A stretch of DNA of 60,554 bases, counting the filler. It is 4 parts of 4 records of this genome, joined end to end, with 100 filler letters (N's around TTAATTAATTAA, not from the genome) between each part and the next. Parts side by side here need not be neighbours in the genome. Positions count along the whole stretch, not along the records: positions 30,401 to 45,431 come from SRR20825006_840; positions 45,532 to 51,920 come from SRR20825006_841; positions 52,021 to 60,554 come from SRR20825006_850; 1 more part is not named here. One strand, written 5' to 3'. The notes beneath the pieces are model-generated. The model made no database searches, was not told where the DNA came from, and saw only the letters and a program-made list of their open reading frames with translations. Positions within the stretch are counted from its first letter, which is position 1; every line of letters starts with the position of its first letter. The position numbers and the translations under genes are program-made. Below, in pieces: positions 43,156 through 52,206 of the stretch.

Positions 43156-43701
43156 TCAAAAGCTCGTGATGTCGGAGACATCGAGCACCTCTTCATCGTC
43201 GAAGTGGCGTTCGGTGACGCGCGCGATGAGTTCCTCGAGCTGCTCGGGCTCGACTTGCGCGAGGATGAGCCCGGTGTAAGAGGCGAAGTTACGATGGAGG
43301 AAGAACTTCTTCCTGACGGCGTAGGCGCGAGGGTGGCGGATCATCTCAGGGCACACCGCGAGCGTGCGTCCGAGCAACCAGCTGCCGTCGCTCTCATCAC
43401 CTCCGGCGTCCAACCGCCGCAGGTGATCAGGCCAGCTGTGATCGAGCTTGTCGATGATATAAGGGCGCACGCACTCGGCGTACTTTTGCTGCTCTTTTTC
43501 GTCCTCGAAGTAATCCTCGTCACCCGCTTCGCTATCGAGGAACGTGATCACCTCCCAACGTTCACTGTCTGGAATCCCCGGCTCGTCGAGGAAGGCGCGC
43601 GCCTCCCGCAAGCATTGATCTGCGGTCTCGAACACGGTGTTGTAGATGGTCTCACCGACAACGGGGGGATCCATGGTCATGATATCCGGCCTTGTTTTCA
43701 T
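43156..43701 (-). CDS. Hypothetical acidic protein
   Basis: Open frame with GC3-biased codons like its neighbours; no recognised motif; start uncertain. Confidence 0.55.
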   Translation of the reverse strand: MKTRPDIMTMDPPVVGETIYNTVFETADQCLREARAFLDEPGIPDSERWEVITFLDSEAGDEDYFEDEKEQQKYAECVRPYIIDKLDHSWPDHLRRLDAGGDESDGSWLLGRTLAVCPEMIRHPRAYAVRKKFFLHRNFASYTGLILAQVEPEQLEELIARVTERHFDDEEVLDVSDITSF

Positions 43702-43770
43702 GGGGGGATGACGAGCATTGGCGGTTGCCGCCAGTGACACCTCTTGACGCGTACCCCTTGATTTTGGCGG

Positions 43771-44418
43771 TTATTCTGGTTCCGCGCAACCGAACGCCGT
43801 CGTCAACTCACCGCTCTTCGCGTTCCATGAACCTTCCAAATCCAACCTGTGTTCTGTACCGCATTTGTCAGTGACGAGCAGGTAGTCGAGTTTGGTATCT
43901 CCCGTAAATTCAGGCTGAGTGATTTCTTTTGGAGTAGCCACAAACTGCTCCCCCAACTTTCTGGCATCGACTTCTTCAGGAAAGGTGGCGGGCCCTCCTC
44001 CGTTCTCGCTGTTCGAGAAATCCAAATAAACATCGTAGTGCAGCACTACGGATTTGACTTCGATAACCTCCTCATCAAAAGCTACGGCGAAGAAGTTGTC
44101 TTGTGCAGAGATCTCGGTACGCATGTCGTCGAGCCCATCGCAAGTAAGCGCGGCAGCGGGACATGCCTGGCACGACGGACCGTTTGTCGAAAACCACTCT
44201 TGCTCATTACAATCCTCTGGCGCCTCCGGCGTGAGCATGTCCACAGGCCCGTCGAGATCGGGCATGTTCGCATCGACCTCTTCGGTCATATCTCTCGCCA
44301 TCCCCATATCTGCAACGGCGGACATGTCCTCCGTGTCATTGTTTTGCGAGTTGTTCGGGCCGCACGCGACGCACGTCAAGAACAATAGAGGGATGAGTGT
44401 GAGTGGTTTTCGAGTCAT
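43771..44418 (-). CDS. Hypothetical lipoprotein
   Basis: GGAG RBS; MTRKPLTLIPLLFLTCVAC lipobox, DM-rich linker, paired Cys. Confidence 0.7.
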   Translation of the reverse strand: MTRKPLTLIPLLFLTCVACGPNNSQNNDTEDMSAVADMGMARDMTEEVDANMPDLDGPVDMLTPEAPEDCNEQEWFSTNGPSCQACPAAALTCDGLDDMRTEISAQDNFFAVAFDEEVIEVKSVVLHYDVYLDFSNSENGGGPATFPEEVDARKLGEQFVATPKEITQPEFTGDTKLDYLLVTDKCGTEHRLDLEGSWNAKSGELTTAFGCAEPE

Positions 44419-44459
44419 AAGCGTTTCTCCGTTTCGAGGGTGTCGGCTTGTTTGGGAAA

Positions 44460-45221
44460 TTAGCGTTCTACACAAAAGCAAGTGTGGACGAGCTCTGGCC
44501 AGTAGAGGTTCTGTGTGGGGCCGTTGGGGTAGAATTCGTATCCAGCCATCTCCGGGTATTTTTCGTAGTCTTTGGGGGGAGTGGCTCTACTTGTACAGTG
44601 GAATGGACACTCCTCGAGTAACTCCATGCTGTAGTTATATGTCTCTTTGCATGGTGCTGTGGGTCCAAAAGGAAATTCTTTCTCGTTGAAGTCTGTAGAG
44701 AGTGTGACTTCAACTTGTGCGCTGGTTTGTCTGTTTGTTGTGTTATGTTTTAGTGCGGTGTTTATGGTGTATGCGTCCGTTGTTTTTGTTTTTTTGAATG
44801 TGATTTCTTTGTTTTTCACTTCGACCTTGTCTTCCCCAGTGAGCCTGATCCAACTGGGGAAAAGTCTTGGCATGGGTACTGGAACTGATACTAAAAGATG
44901 TTCTATCTGTTGGGTGTTGCTTTTACTGAAGTAGAAAGAGACGTTTGTGGTCGAGTTTAACGTAAACAGGATGTCTCGCCACTCATCGGGTATAGCCGAA
45001 CAGTTCGACTCTACATGGTCGAGTATGAGCTTGTACTTGCCTTGTGGCGGGATGTTGATGCAACTGCCTTCGTGTTCGGCTTCCCAAGGTAAACAAGATG
45101 TCTCTTCGTCGATTTGCCACGGCTCTGGTTCGCTAAAAACATCCGAGTGGCAGGACGTGCAAAAGAGAATGACAACAAGCAGGAGCATGACAGGGGTTGG
45201 TCTCACAGGTGTGCCGTTCAT
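44460..45221 (-). CDS. Hypothetical lipoprotein, AT-rich
   Basis: Hydrophobic LLLVVILFCTSC segment and Cys-rich body; visibly lower GC; start uncertain. Confidence 0.55.
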   Translation of the reverse strand: MNGTPVRPTPVMLLLVVILFCTSCHSDVFSEPEPWQIDEETSCLPWEAEHEGSCINIPPQGKYKLILDHVESNCSAIPDEWRDILFTLNSTTNVSFYFSKSNTQQIEHLLVSVPVPMPRLFPSWIRLTGEDKVEVKNKEITFKKTKTTDAYTINTALKHNTTNRQTSAQVEVTLSTDFNEKEFPFGPTAPCKETYNYSMELLEECPFHCTSRATPPKDYEKYPEMAGYEFYPNGPTQNLYWPELVHTCFCVER

Positions 45222-45431
45222 CTTGATGCCGCCTTGTCGAAGTTGTTTTGGATGCACTTATGCATTCATGGCCGGTCTGTCAGGTATCATACAGGCAATC
45301 TACTTGAGAGGTGTATGGTCTAAAAGAAAAGGTTTGTCCGGACTCAGTCCCCTCCCAAAATCAATGTCATGACTTCATGAAGCCAAGCCCGTGCGCCGCG
45401 ACCCTCGCACCCCCCGCGGCCCTCGCTGTCG

Positions 45432-45531
45432 NNNNNNNNNNNNNNNNNNNNNNNNNNNNNNNNNNNNNNNNNNNNTTAATTAATTAANNNNNNNNNNNNN
45501 NNNNNNNNNNNNNNNNNNNNNNNNNNNNNNN
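45432..45531. other. Artificial contig linker
   Basis: N44-TTAATTAATTAA-N44. Confidence 0.97.
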
Positions 45532-45930
<399 letters not shown>

Positions 45931-45942
45931 TTACCAAAGCGT

Positions 45943-46542
45943 TTAGGCAGGGAAGGAAAGTTGCTCCGAACCACTCCATTCTTTCGTGCCGGGTATCTCG
46001 ATTCCGAGGTTTTGCAGAGCGCGGGCAACGGAATAATTCACAATATCATCAAGGTTTTGAGGCTGCGTGTAGAATGCGGGAACCGGAGGGTGAATAATGC
46101 CACCCATTTCTGTGACCGCCAGCATATTGCGCAGGTGACCGGCATGAAGCGGCGCTTCGCGTGCCATCAGTACCAGCGGCCGGCGTTGCTTTAACTGGAC
46201 ATCGGCTGCACGGGTAAGGAGAGACGAAGAGGTGCCATTCGCGATTTCCGCCAGCGTGCGCATGGAGCAGGGTGCGACCAGCATTCCCAGCGTTTTGAAC
46301 GAGCCGCTGGCGATCGCCGCGCCGATATTTTCGGGAGCATAAACCGTATCGGCAAGGCCATGCAGCGCTTCGGCGGAAAGATCCGTTTCGCATTCGCGCG
46401 CGACATGACCGCTGGCGGAAACGACAAGATGGGTTTCGATCTCAAGCGGTCGTAGAATTTTCAGTGCACGGATGCCATAAACCGTGCCGCTGGCACCGGT
46501 AATGCCGATGATGATGCGCTGCGGCGGCTTTGTCTCAGACAT
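45943..46542 (-). CDS. ubiX: Flavin prenyltransferase UbiX/Pad1
   Basis: GITGASG, IASGSF, APCSM, RAADV.LK, REAP, PPVPAFY. Confidence 0.93.
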   Translation of the reverse strand: MSETKPPQRIIIGITGASGTVYGIRALKILRPLEIETHLVVSASGHVARECETDLSAEALHGLADTVYAPENIGAAIASGSFKTLGMLVAPCSMRTLAEIANGTSSSLLTRAADVQLKQRRPLVLMAREAPLHAGHLRNMLAVTEMGGIIHPPVPAFYTQPQNLDDIVNYSVARALQNLGIEIPGTKEWSGSEQLSFPA

Positions 46543-46642
46543 GATGCGTTATCCGTTTTTCGTTGAAATCACGACATCGCAGATATCGGCATGCATGACC
46601 TTGCGCTGTGACAAATCGCAAAAAACAGACGCGCCCCGATTG

Positions 46643-48367
46643 TCAGTATTTGCGTTGTGGGTCCATGGAGCGCGAAACCAGCAGGACCGGAATCAGCCCG
46701 GCGAGAATGATGATCATAGCTGGCACTGAAGCACTTTCGACCTGTGCGCGTGAGGCATCTTCATAAACCAGCGTTGCCAGTGTGTTGAAGTTGAACGGAC
46801 GAAGCAGGATCGTTGCCGAAAGCTCTTTCAGCGTTTCAATAAACACCAGAAGTGCGGCAGTCAGAAGTGCCGGGTGCATATTCGGCAACAGCACCGAAAA
46901 CAAGGTGCGACCAGGGGTGCGGCCCAGTGTGCGTGCGGCCATGTCCAGGCTGGGTGAGAGTTTCTGAAATCCAGAATCAATGTTGCCTTCCGCCATGGCC
47001 AGAAAGCGGGCTGTGCAGGCATAGACAATGGCGAAGCCGCTTCCGGACAACACAAGCCCCGTCGAAATGTTGAACGTCGTGCGCATGGCACCATCGACCG
47101 CATTGTCGATGGCAGCCAGAGGGATCAGCACGCCGATAGCCAGAACGGTGCCGGGTATGCCATAGCCAAGCGCGGAAAGCCGTGCGAGTGAACGGGTCTG
47201 TCTGTTCGGCTGCGTACGCACGGTAAAGGCCAGGATAAGGCCGAAAACAATTGCCGCTGCCGCTGCCAGTGCCGAAACGGATATGCTGGTGAAAAGCGCG
47301 TCGAGCAGGCGCCTGGAAGCAAATTCATCCAGTCGCTTGATTGCAAACTCGAAGAGCACAAGAGCAGGAATCGCAAAGCCGATGAGGACCGGCAGAAAAC
47401 AGGTGAGCGATGCGGCGAACGCCTTGCCGCCTGAAAGCTTTTGTCGCAACACACGCGCACCGTCGCCTGCTGCGCGGCTGGCGCTGTAGCGCTGATTGCG
47501 CCGTGCAATACGTTCCAGAAGGATCAGAGCAAACACGAAAACCAGCATGATAGCGGCAAGCTGGGCTGCGCCTGAGAGACTGCCGCGATTGAGCCACGTT
47601 TCGTAAATGGAAAATGTGAGTGTGTTGACGCCGAGATATTGCACCGCGCCGATGTCATTCAGGCTTTCCATCATCACCAGCGTCAGGCCAACGACGATCG
47701 CAGGCCGGGCCATGGGTAACTGCACCTGCCGGAAAACCCGGAACCGGTTCGCGCCAAGGGTTCGTGCCACATCGGCGGCATTGCGCCCTTGCATCAGGAA
47801 CACCGACCGCGCCGCCAGATAGACATATGGATAGAGTACGCTCGCCATCACCAGAACGACACCGCCGAGTGAGCGGATATCCGGGAAATAGTAATCACGG
47901 GCGCTTTGAAAACCAAAGAATGAGCGATAGAGCGTCTGAACCGGACCAGTGAAATCGAAAAACTCACCAAAGGCGTAGGCTGAGAGATAGATTGGCATCG
48001 CCATCGGCAGAACTAGAGCAACTGAAAGCGTGCGGCGAAACGGAAACTCGAAAGAGACGATAAGCCAGGCTGTCAAAACACCAATGATACCGGTTGCCAA
48101 CGCATTGTAGATCAGCAGCTGCAGCGTCCGGCTTGCTGCGCCTGGCAGAACAGTTTGTGCAAGGTGCGAAAGATTGGCGGTATCTCCTGACAATGCGATC
48201 CAGAAAATAGCAGCCAGCGGCATCAGCATCAGCGCACAAATAAGAGACGATGCGAAGGTGAACCGCCACAGGCCCAAACCCTTAAGCGATGGCCTGAATG
48301 TTATGGCTTTATTCCAAAGTGACACGGGCGCCCATCCGGCGAAAGCGGTATGACGCATCAGCGCCAC
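46643..48367 (-). CDS. Fe3+ ABC transporter permease (FbpB-like)
   Basis: Two permease halves with ARTLG loops, LYPYVYL, KELSATILLRPFNF; start uncertain. Confidence 0.87.
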   Translation of the reverse strand: MALMRHTAFAGWAPVSLWNKAITFRPSLKGLGLWRFTFASSLICALMLMPLAAIFWIALSGDTANLSHLAQTVLPGAASRTLQLLIYNALATGIIGVLTAWLIVSFEFPFRRTLSVALVLPMAMPIYLSAYAFGEFFDFTGPVQTLYRSFFGFQSARDYYFPDIRSLGGVVLVMASVLYPYVYLAARSVFLMQGRNAADVARTLGANRFRVFRQVQLPMARPAIVVGLTLVMMESLNDIGAVQYLGVNTLTFSIYETWLNRGSLSGAAQLAAIMLVFVFALILLERIARRNQRYSASRAAGDGARVLRQKLSGGKAFAASLTCFLPVLIGFAIPALVLFEFAIKRLDEFASRRLLDALFTSISVSALAAAAAIVFGLILAFTVRTQPNRQTRSLARLSALGYGIPGTVLAIGVLIPLAAIDNAVDGAMRTTFNISTGLVLSGSGFAIVYACTARFLAMAEGNIDSGFQKLSPSLDMAARTLGRTPGRTLFSVLLPNMHPALLTAALLVFIETLKELSATILLRPFNFNTLATLVYEDASRAQVESASVPAMIIILAGLIPVLLVSRSMDPQRKY

Positions 48368-48393
48368 TTAAACCTGATTATTGAAACCCGGTT

Positions 48394-51369
48394 TTACTGT
48401 TCGTGGTCCGGTTTCGCAAGCGTGTTCGGGGTTTTAAAAAACACCTCCACGAGAGTGCCCTCATTGGCAAGCGTGTGGATCGCCAGACGCCCCGAAAGAT
48501 GCTCCGTCATGTGGCGGATATTGGTCAGTCGCGGGGTCTCACCCTTTTCCGCGACCGCTCCTTTTCTGGGTGTGGACAGGGGATGAGCGCTGCCAGAACC
48601 AGTGCCATTATCGCGCAGGCGTATCACCGTTTCACCTTCTGCGTTGCTCGCCGTCGAGACGATCACCTGACCGCCAGACGGGGCTCCGTTTACGGCTTCA
48701 TCAATCAGCTCCGTTGCTATCTTCTTCAGCGTTTCGGCATCGCCGACCGTATCACCGAGCGCGGGTGACAGGGCTGTGCGCACGATGACCCGCCGGGCAT
48801 TCGCACCGGGCTGGATCAGGCTGACGGCTTCGGCAATAGCTTCGTTGAGGTGGGTGCCGGACATGCGGGGCGTTAAATCTTCAACAGGTGCTGCGTCCGG
48901 TTCGCCAAGCAGTCGGTTGATCGCTTCTCGCGCCTTGCGGCTCTTGCTGGAAATTTCACGGGCGAGTGCATGATAGTGATCATCACCCAGCGGCCCGAAT
49001 GTTTCGTTAAACATCGTATCGGAAAGTGAAACGATGGCATCGAGCGGCTGACGCAACTCGTGACGAAGGGTTGCGAGGAACAGATCACGCTCTTCTGCCG
49101 CCTGCCGGGCGTTGCGTCTGGCAAAGCGCAGTTCGTCCTCGCGCTGCTTCCAGCCGGTTATATCCCGCAGAACCGCGCAGATCTCACCGGATTTCGGCAT
49201 CCGCCCCAGTGTCATGAAAACCGGTATCAGGCCACCGCCCGATTCACGCCCTATGGCCTCAAGCCCCTCCGGTATCATCGTGCTACGGCCGGTGCTCGAG
49301 AGTGTGTTTATCCGATCTTCCAACTCGCGCCAGCTTTCTTCGGCAAACAGGGCCGAAAGCTTCATGCCTTCTGCCTGTTCAGAATCGATGCCGAAAAGCG
49401 CCAGTGCCGAAGCGCTTAAGGAGCGTATGGTACGGTCCTGCCGGATAATGATGATGCCATCGGCTGTCGTCTCCAGGATCGTGCGCAAATCGCTGATCTC
49501 ATCTGGATGGCTTTCATTTTCAGGCTTGATCTGAGAATGCGTATTGCTTGCGCCAGGCAGGTTCAAGTCCTCGCCGTCACGCTGGTCCGGCCGCACCGTC
49601 ATCGCCAGTGCATGCCCGGATTGCCAGATGATCGTCTGCAGGTGGATCGTAACCGGTATACGGCTATCATCGGCGGTGACCAGAAACAGTTGTTCGTCGC
49701 GGTCGCGCGCAATCAGCGCATCGGCTCCACCTGCATCGACAATGGCTGTACGTGAACCATAGCCTGAAAATGCAAGAAAGGCCGGATTAACGTGCAGAAC
49801 ATCTTCACCTGACTGGACCAGAACCGGCGCATTCATGGCATCGACTTTCTCAGCCGCCTGCGTCCCGGCCTTGTCGTCGGCCTTGTCGTCGGTCTCGTCT
49901 ATCGGTGTCGATATTGTCGTTTTGCGCAGGATCGGTGAACGTGGCCTTTCGGGTGCGTCCGGGGTGGTTTCGTATTCCGGGCGATCTTCGAGGTCTGCAT
50001 CCATGGCTTTCAGGCGACTGGCAATTTCACCCAGGGCCCGGCGTTCATCCTCGTTCAACTGATTGCGCTGATCTGTCTGACGGAGCGGCGGCAGACCGGC
50101 TTCTTCGGTCTCCGCCCCGACCTTCCGCAACGCTTGCGGCGATGCCTGTTTTTCTTCTCCAAGGCGCACAAGTCCGAAACCGCGAAAACCTTCGAAAAAA
50201 CGTTCCCGTGTGTAGGTAGGAAGCGCGGCCAGATCGACGGGGACAAAAAGGTCTGTTCCGGCCAGAGGCCATTCAACAGTTCGCCCGGACCAGGTTCCCG
50301 CCGTCAGAACCAGCTTCTCGATGGCTTGTCCGCCTTTAACGCCCAGACGGGTTTCCAGCTCCTGAAAACGCATTCCTATGATATCGGAGACTTGCGATCC
50401 GACGGCTTCGGCCAGTTCATGAGAGACTTCGGTGAAACGCCCTGCTGTGTCTGTCCGCCAGACAAAGCGAACAGGGCGACGGACCAGCCTGGCTTCTTTC
50501 GGAGCTGTTTTCTTAACGGTTGCCGGAGCCTGTCTTTCTTCCGGTGTGACACGACGGATCAGCGGCGTTTCCGCTTTTTCACTGATCTCGTCATTTTGCT
50601 GGTCAATGGCTCCAAGCGCCTCATCAAGCCGTGCAATCACCTCGCGGGCAGGGCGCTCTTGCCGGGGTTCCATCTCAAACTTGTCTGCCTGAGGAAGAAT
50701 GTAACCATCTTTGGTGATAATATCGGTGATCTCTTCGGATGCAAATAGCAGGTAGAGCGCCGGGTCATCGCGCAGGCGGCCAAGTGCCAAGGGCCATATC
50801 CCGCTATCAGTGGTGACGAGCCTTTCCGTCATACCGGCACCGCTGTTCGACAAATGGTGGCACATATCAGCTAGGACCGGCTGTTCAATGCCAATTCTGT
50901 TGAAGTTTTCGGAAGTATCCAGAAGCGTGCCATCACCATCAACAAGCGCCAGATGCGCTTCATCTGCTGCAAAACCCTCTATCAGCGCGCGACTGTTATC
51001 TGCTGTCTGATCACATTCAAAGACAATGTAATCGGCATTGTCCACGGTCAGATGAATTGCCATGGCTGAAACGGCTTGGCGCCCGAATCTCCGTAGCACA
51101 TGGATTGTGAATGGTTTTTTAGTATAACCCTTATGAAGGGAAAATGCTGTGGCTTTGAACTGCCGGAAGGCAATCAGATTGGCCGCGGGGCCCGCTTTCG
51201 CCAATCCTGAAGTTGTTTCGTGACCGAAGAAACGCGCTCCGGCAGCGTTCGACCAGACAATGCTGCCCGTTCTAGCGCTGACAGCGACGAGCGGCTTTCC
51301 ATCGATAAACAGATTGCAAACGTCCGCATGCGTGGCGAAGGCAATGAAAGAGGCTGTGTCTTCCGGCAT
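48394..51369 (-). CDS. PdhS/CbrA-like PAS histidine kinase with degenerate catalytic domain
   Basis: RFVWRTD...VPVDLAALPTY.R...GFRGFG block typical of PdhS/CbrA, PAS ILETTADG, H-box HELRQPL; start taken at MPEDTASF. Confidence 0.8.
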   Translation of the reverse strand: MPEDTASFIAFATHADVCNLFIDGKPLVAVSARTGSIVWSNAAGARFFGHETTSGLAKAGPAANLIAFRQFKATAFSLHKGYTKKPFTIHVLRRFGRQAVSAMAIHLTVDNADYIVFECDQTADNSRALIEGFAADEAHLALVDGDGTLLDTSENFNRIGIEQPVLADMCHHLSNSGAGMTERLVTTDSGIWPLALGRLRDDPALYLLFASEEITDIITKDGYILPQADKFEMEPRQERPAREVIARLDEALGAIDQQNDEISEKAETPLIRRVTPEERQAPATVKKTAPKEARLVRRPVRFVWRTDTAGRFTEVSHELAEAVGSQVSDIIGMRFQELETRLGVKGGQAIEKLVLTAGTWSGRTVEWPLAGTDLFVPVDLAALPTYTRERFFEGFRGFGLVRLGEEKQASPQALRKVGAETEEAGLPPLRQTDQRNQLNEDERRALGEIASRLKAMDADLEDRPEYETTPDAPERPRSPILRKTTISTPIDETDDKADDKAGTQAAEKVDAMNAPVLVQSGEDVLHVNPAFLAFSGYGSRTAIVDAGGADALIARDRDEQLFLVTADDSRIPVTIHLQTIIWQSGHALAMTVRPDQRDGEDLNLPGASNTHSQIKPENESHPDEISDLRTILETTADGIIIIRQDRTIRSLSASALALFGIDSEQAEGMKLSALFAEESWRELEDRINTLSSTGRSTMIPEGLEAIGRESGGGLIPVFMTLGRMPKSGEICAVLRDITGWKQREDELRFARRNARQAAEERDLFLATLRHELRQPLDAIVSLSDTMFNETFGPLGDDHYHALAREISSKSRKAREAINRLLGEPDAAPVEDLTPRMSGTHLNEAIAEAVSLIQPGANARRVIVRTALSPALGDTVGDAETLKKIATELIDEAVNGAPSGGQVIVSTASNAEGETVIRLRDNGTGSGSAHPLSTPRKGAVAEKGETPRLTNIRHMTEHLSGRLAIHTLANEGTLVEVFFKTPNTLAKPDHEQ

Positions 51370-51460
51370 GGTGCTCAAACCCGTTTCCTGAGGGTATGCT
51401 TTCAAACGTTTATTCCGCAGCCGGGGGATTGATTCTCTACGCTGGCTGCGAAAAGCTGGC

Positions 51461-51475
51461 TTAACGCTTTTTTAA
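51461..51475. promoter_or_regulatory. CtrA binding site
   Basis: TTAA-CGCTTTT-TTAA, a perfect TTAA-N7-TTAA upstream of the pdhS-like gene; GANTC at 51431-51435. Confidence 0.7.
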
Positions 51476-51669
51476 GCATAGCGTCCCTGTTGGTCCAGAT
51501 AGGTGCTCCAGCTTTTGATTTTAAGGGTTAACGCCGGTGTCAGGTTGCTTCGTTTGAGACGCAGTGACTGTTCTTCTGCAGAGTTTTTTATTATATGCTG
51601 CATATGGGCTTGCAAAATGGTTCCAAGCCTTCTATGTCAGCCCGCGATGCTTCACGGCATCGACCTTGT

Positions 51670-51746
51670 GCGGTTGTAGCTCAGTTGGTTAGAGCGCAGG
51701 TTTGTGGCACCTGAGGTCGGTGGTTCGACCCCACCCAACCGTACCA
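51670..51746 (+). tRNA. tRNA-His (GTG)
   Basis: Acceptor GCGGTTG/CAACCGT, anticodon arm CAGGT-TTGTGGC-ACCTG, GGTTCGA T-loop, encoded CCA. Confidence 0.96.
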
Positions 51747-51920
51747 CTATTTCAGTCATTCCCTTCGCAGGCTCCGGGGCCTGATGCGTTCGTGCGTCGG
51801 CCCGAAAATCGGGATGGATTTTCGGAAAGCGCGATGCGCTAATCCAGAGCTGCAACAGAAATACCAGGCCATGACCCTGGTGTGGTGAACTTGAAATTCG
51901 AAAACCACACTGGAAACATA

Positions 51921-52020
51921 NNNNNNNNNNNNNNNNNNNNNNNNNNNNNNNNNNNNNNNNNNNNTTAATTAATTAANNNNNNNNNNNNNNNNNNNNNNNN
52001 NNNNNNNNNNNNNNNNNNNN
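51921..52020. other. Artificial contig linker
   Basis: N44-TTAATTAATTAA-N44. Confidence 0.97.
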
Positions 52021-52049
52021 CACTGGTTCGAATCCAGTCGGGTGCACCA
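52021..52049 (+). tRNA. 3' end of a tRNA (possibly Arg; anticodon not in window)
   Basis: ACTGG-TTCGAAT-CCAGT T-arm followed by CGGGTGCACCA. Confidence 0.8.
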
Positions 52050-52206
52050 TTTTTGTTTGGCCTACCGCTTTCGCTACTTGAGGCCAATTTGGTCAAATTC
52101 CTTTTTTTTCGAAGAAAAAAGGAATGACGAACTCTCCAAATTCAATAACGGTGCCAAGCGGCAGGGGTTTTTTAAACATCGAGAGCAACTGACCCTTTGC
52201 CAAGTC

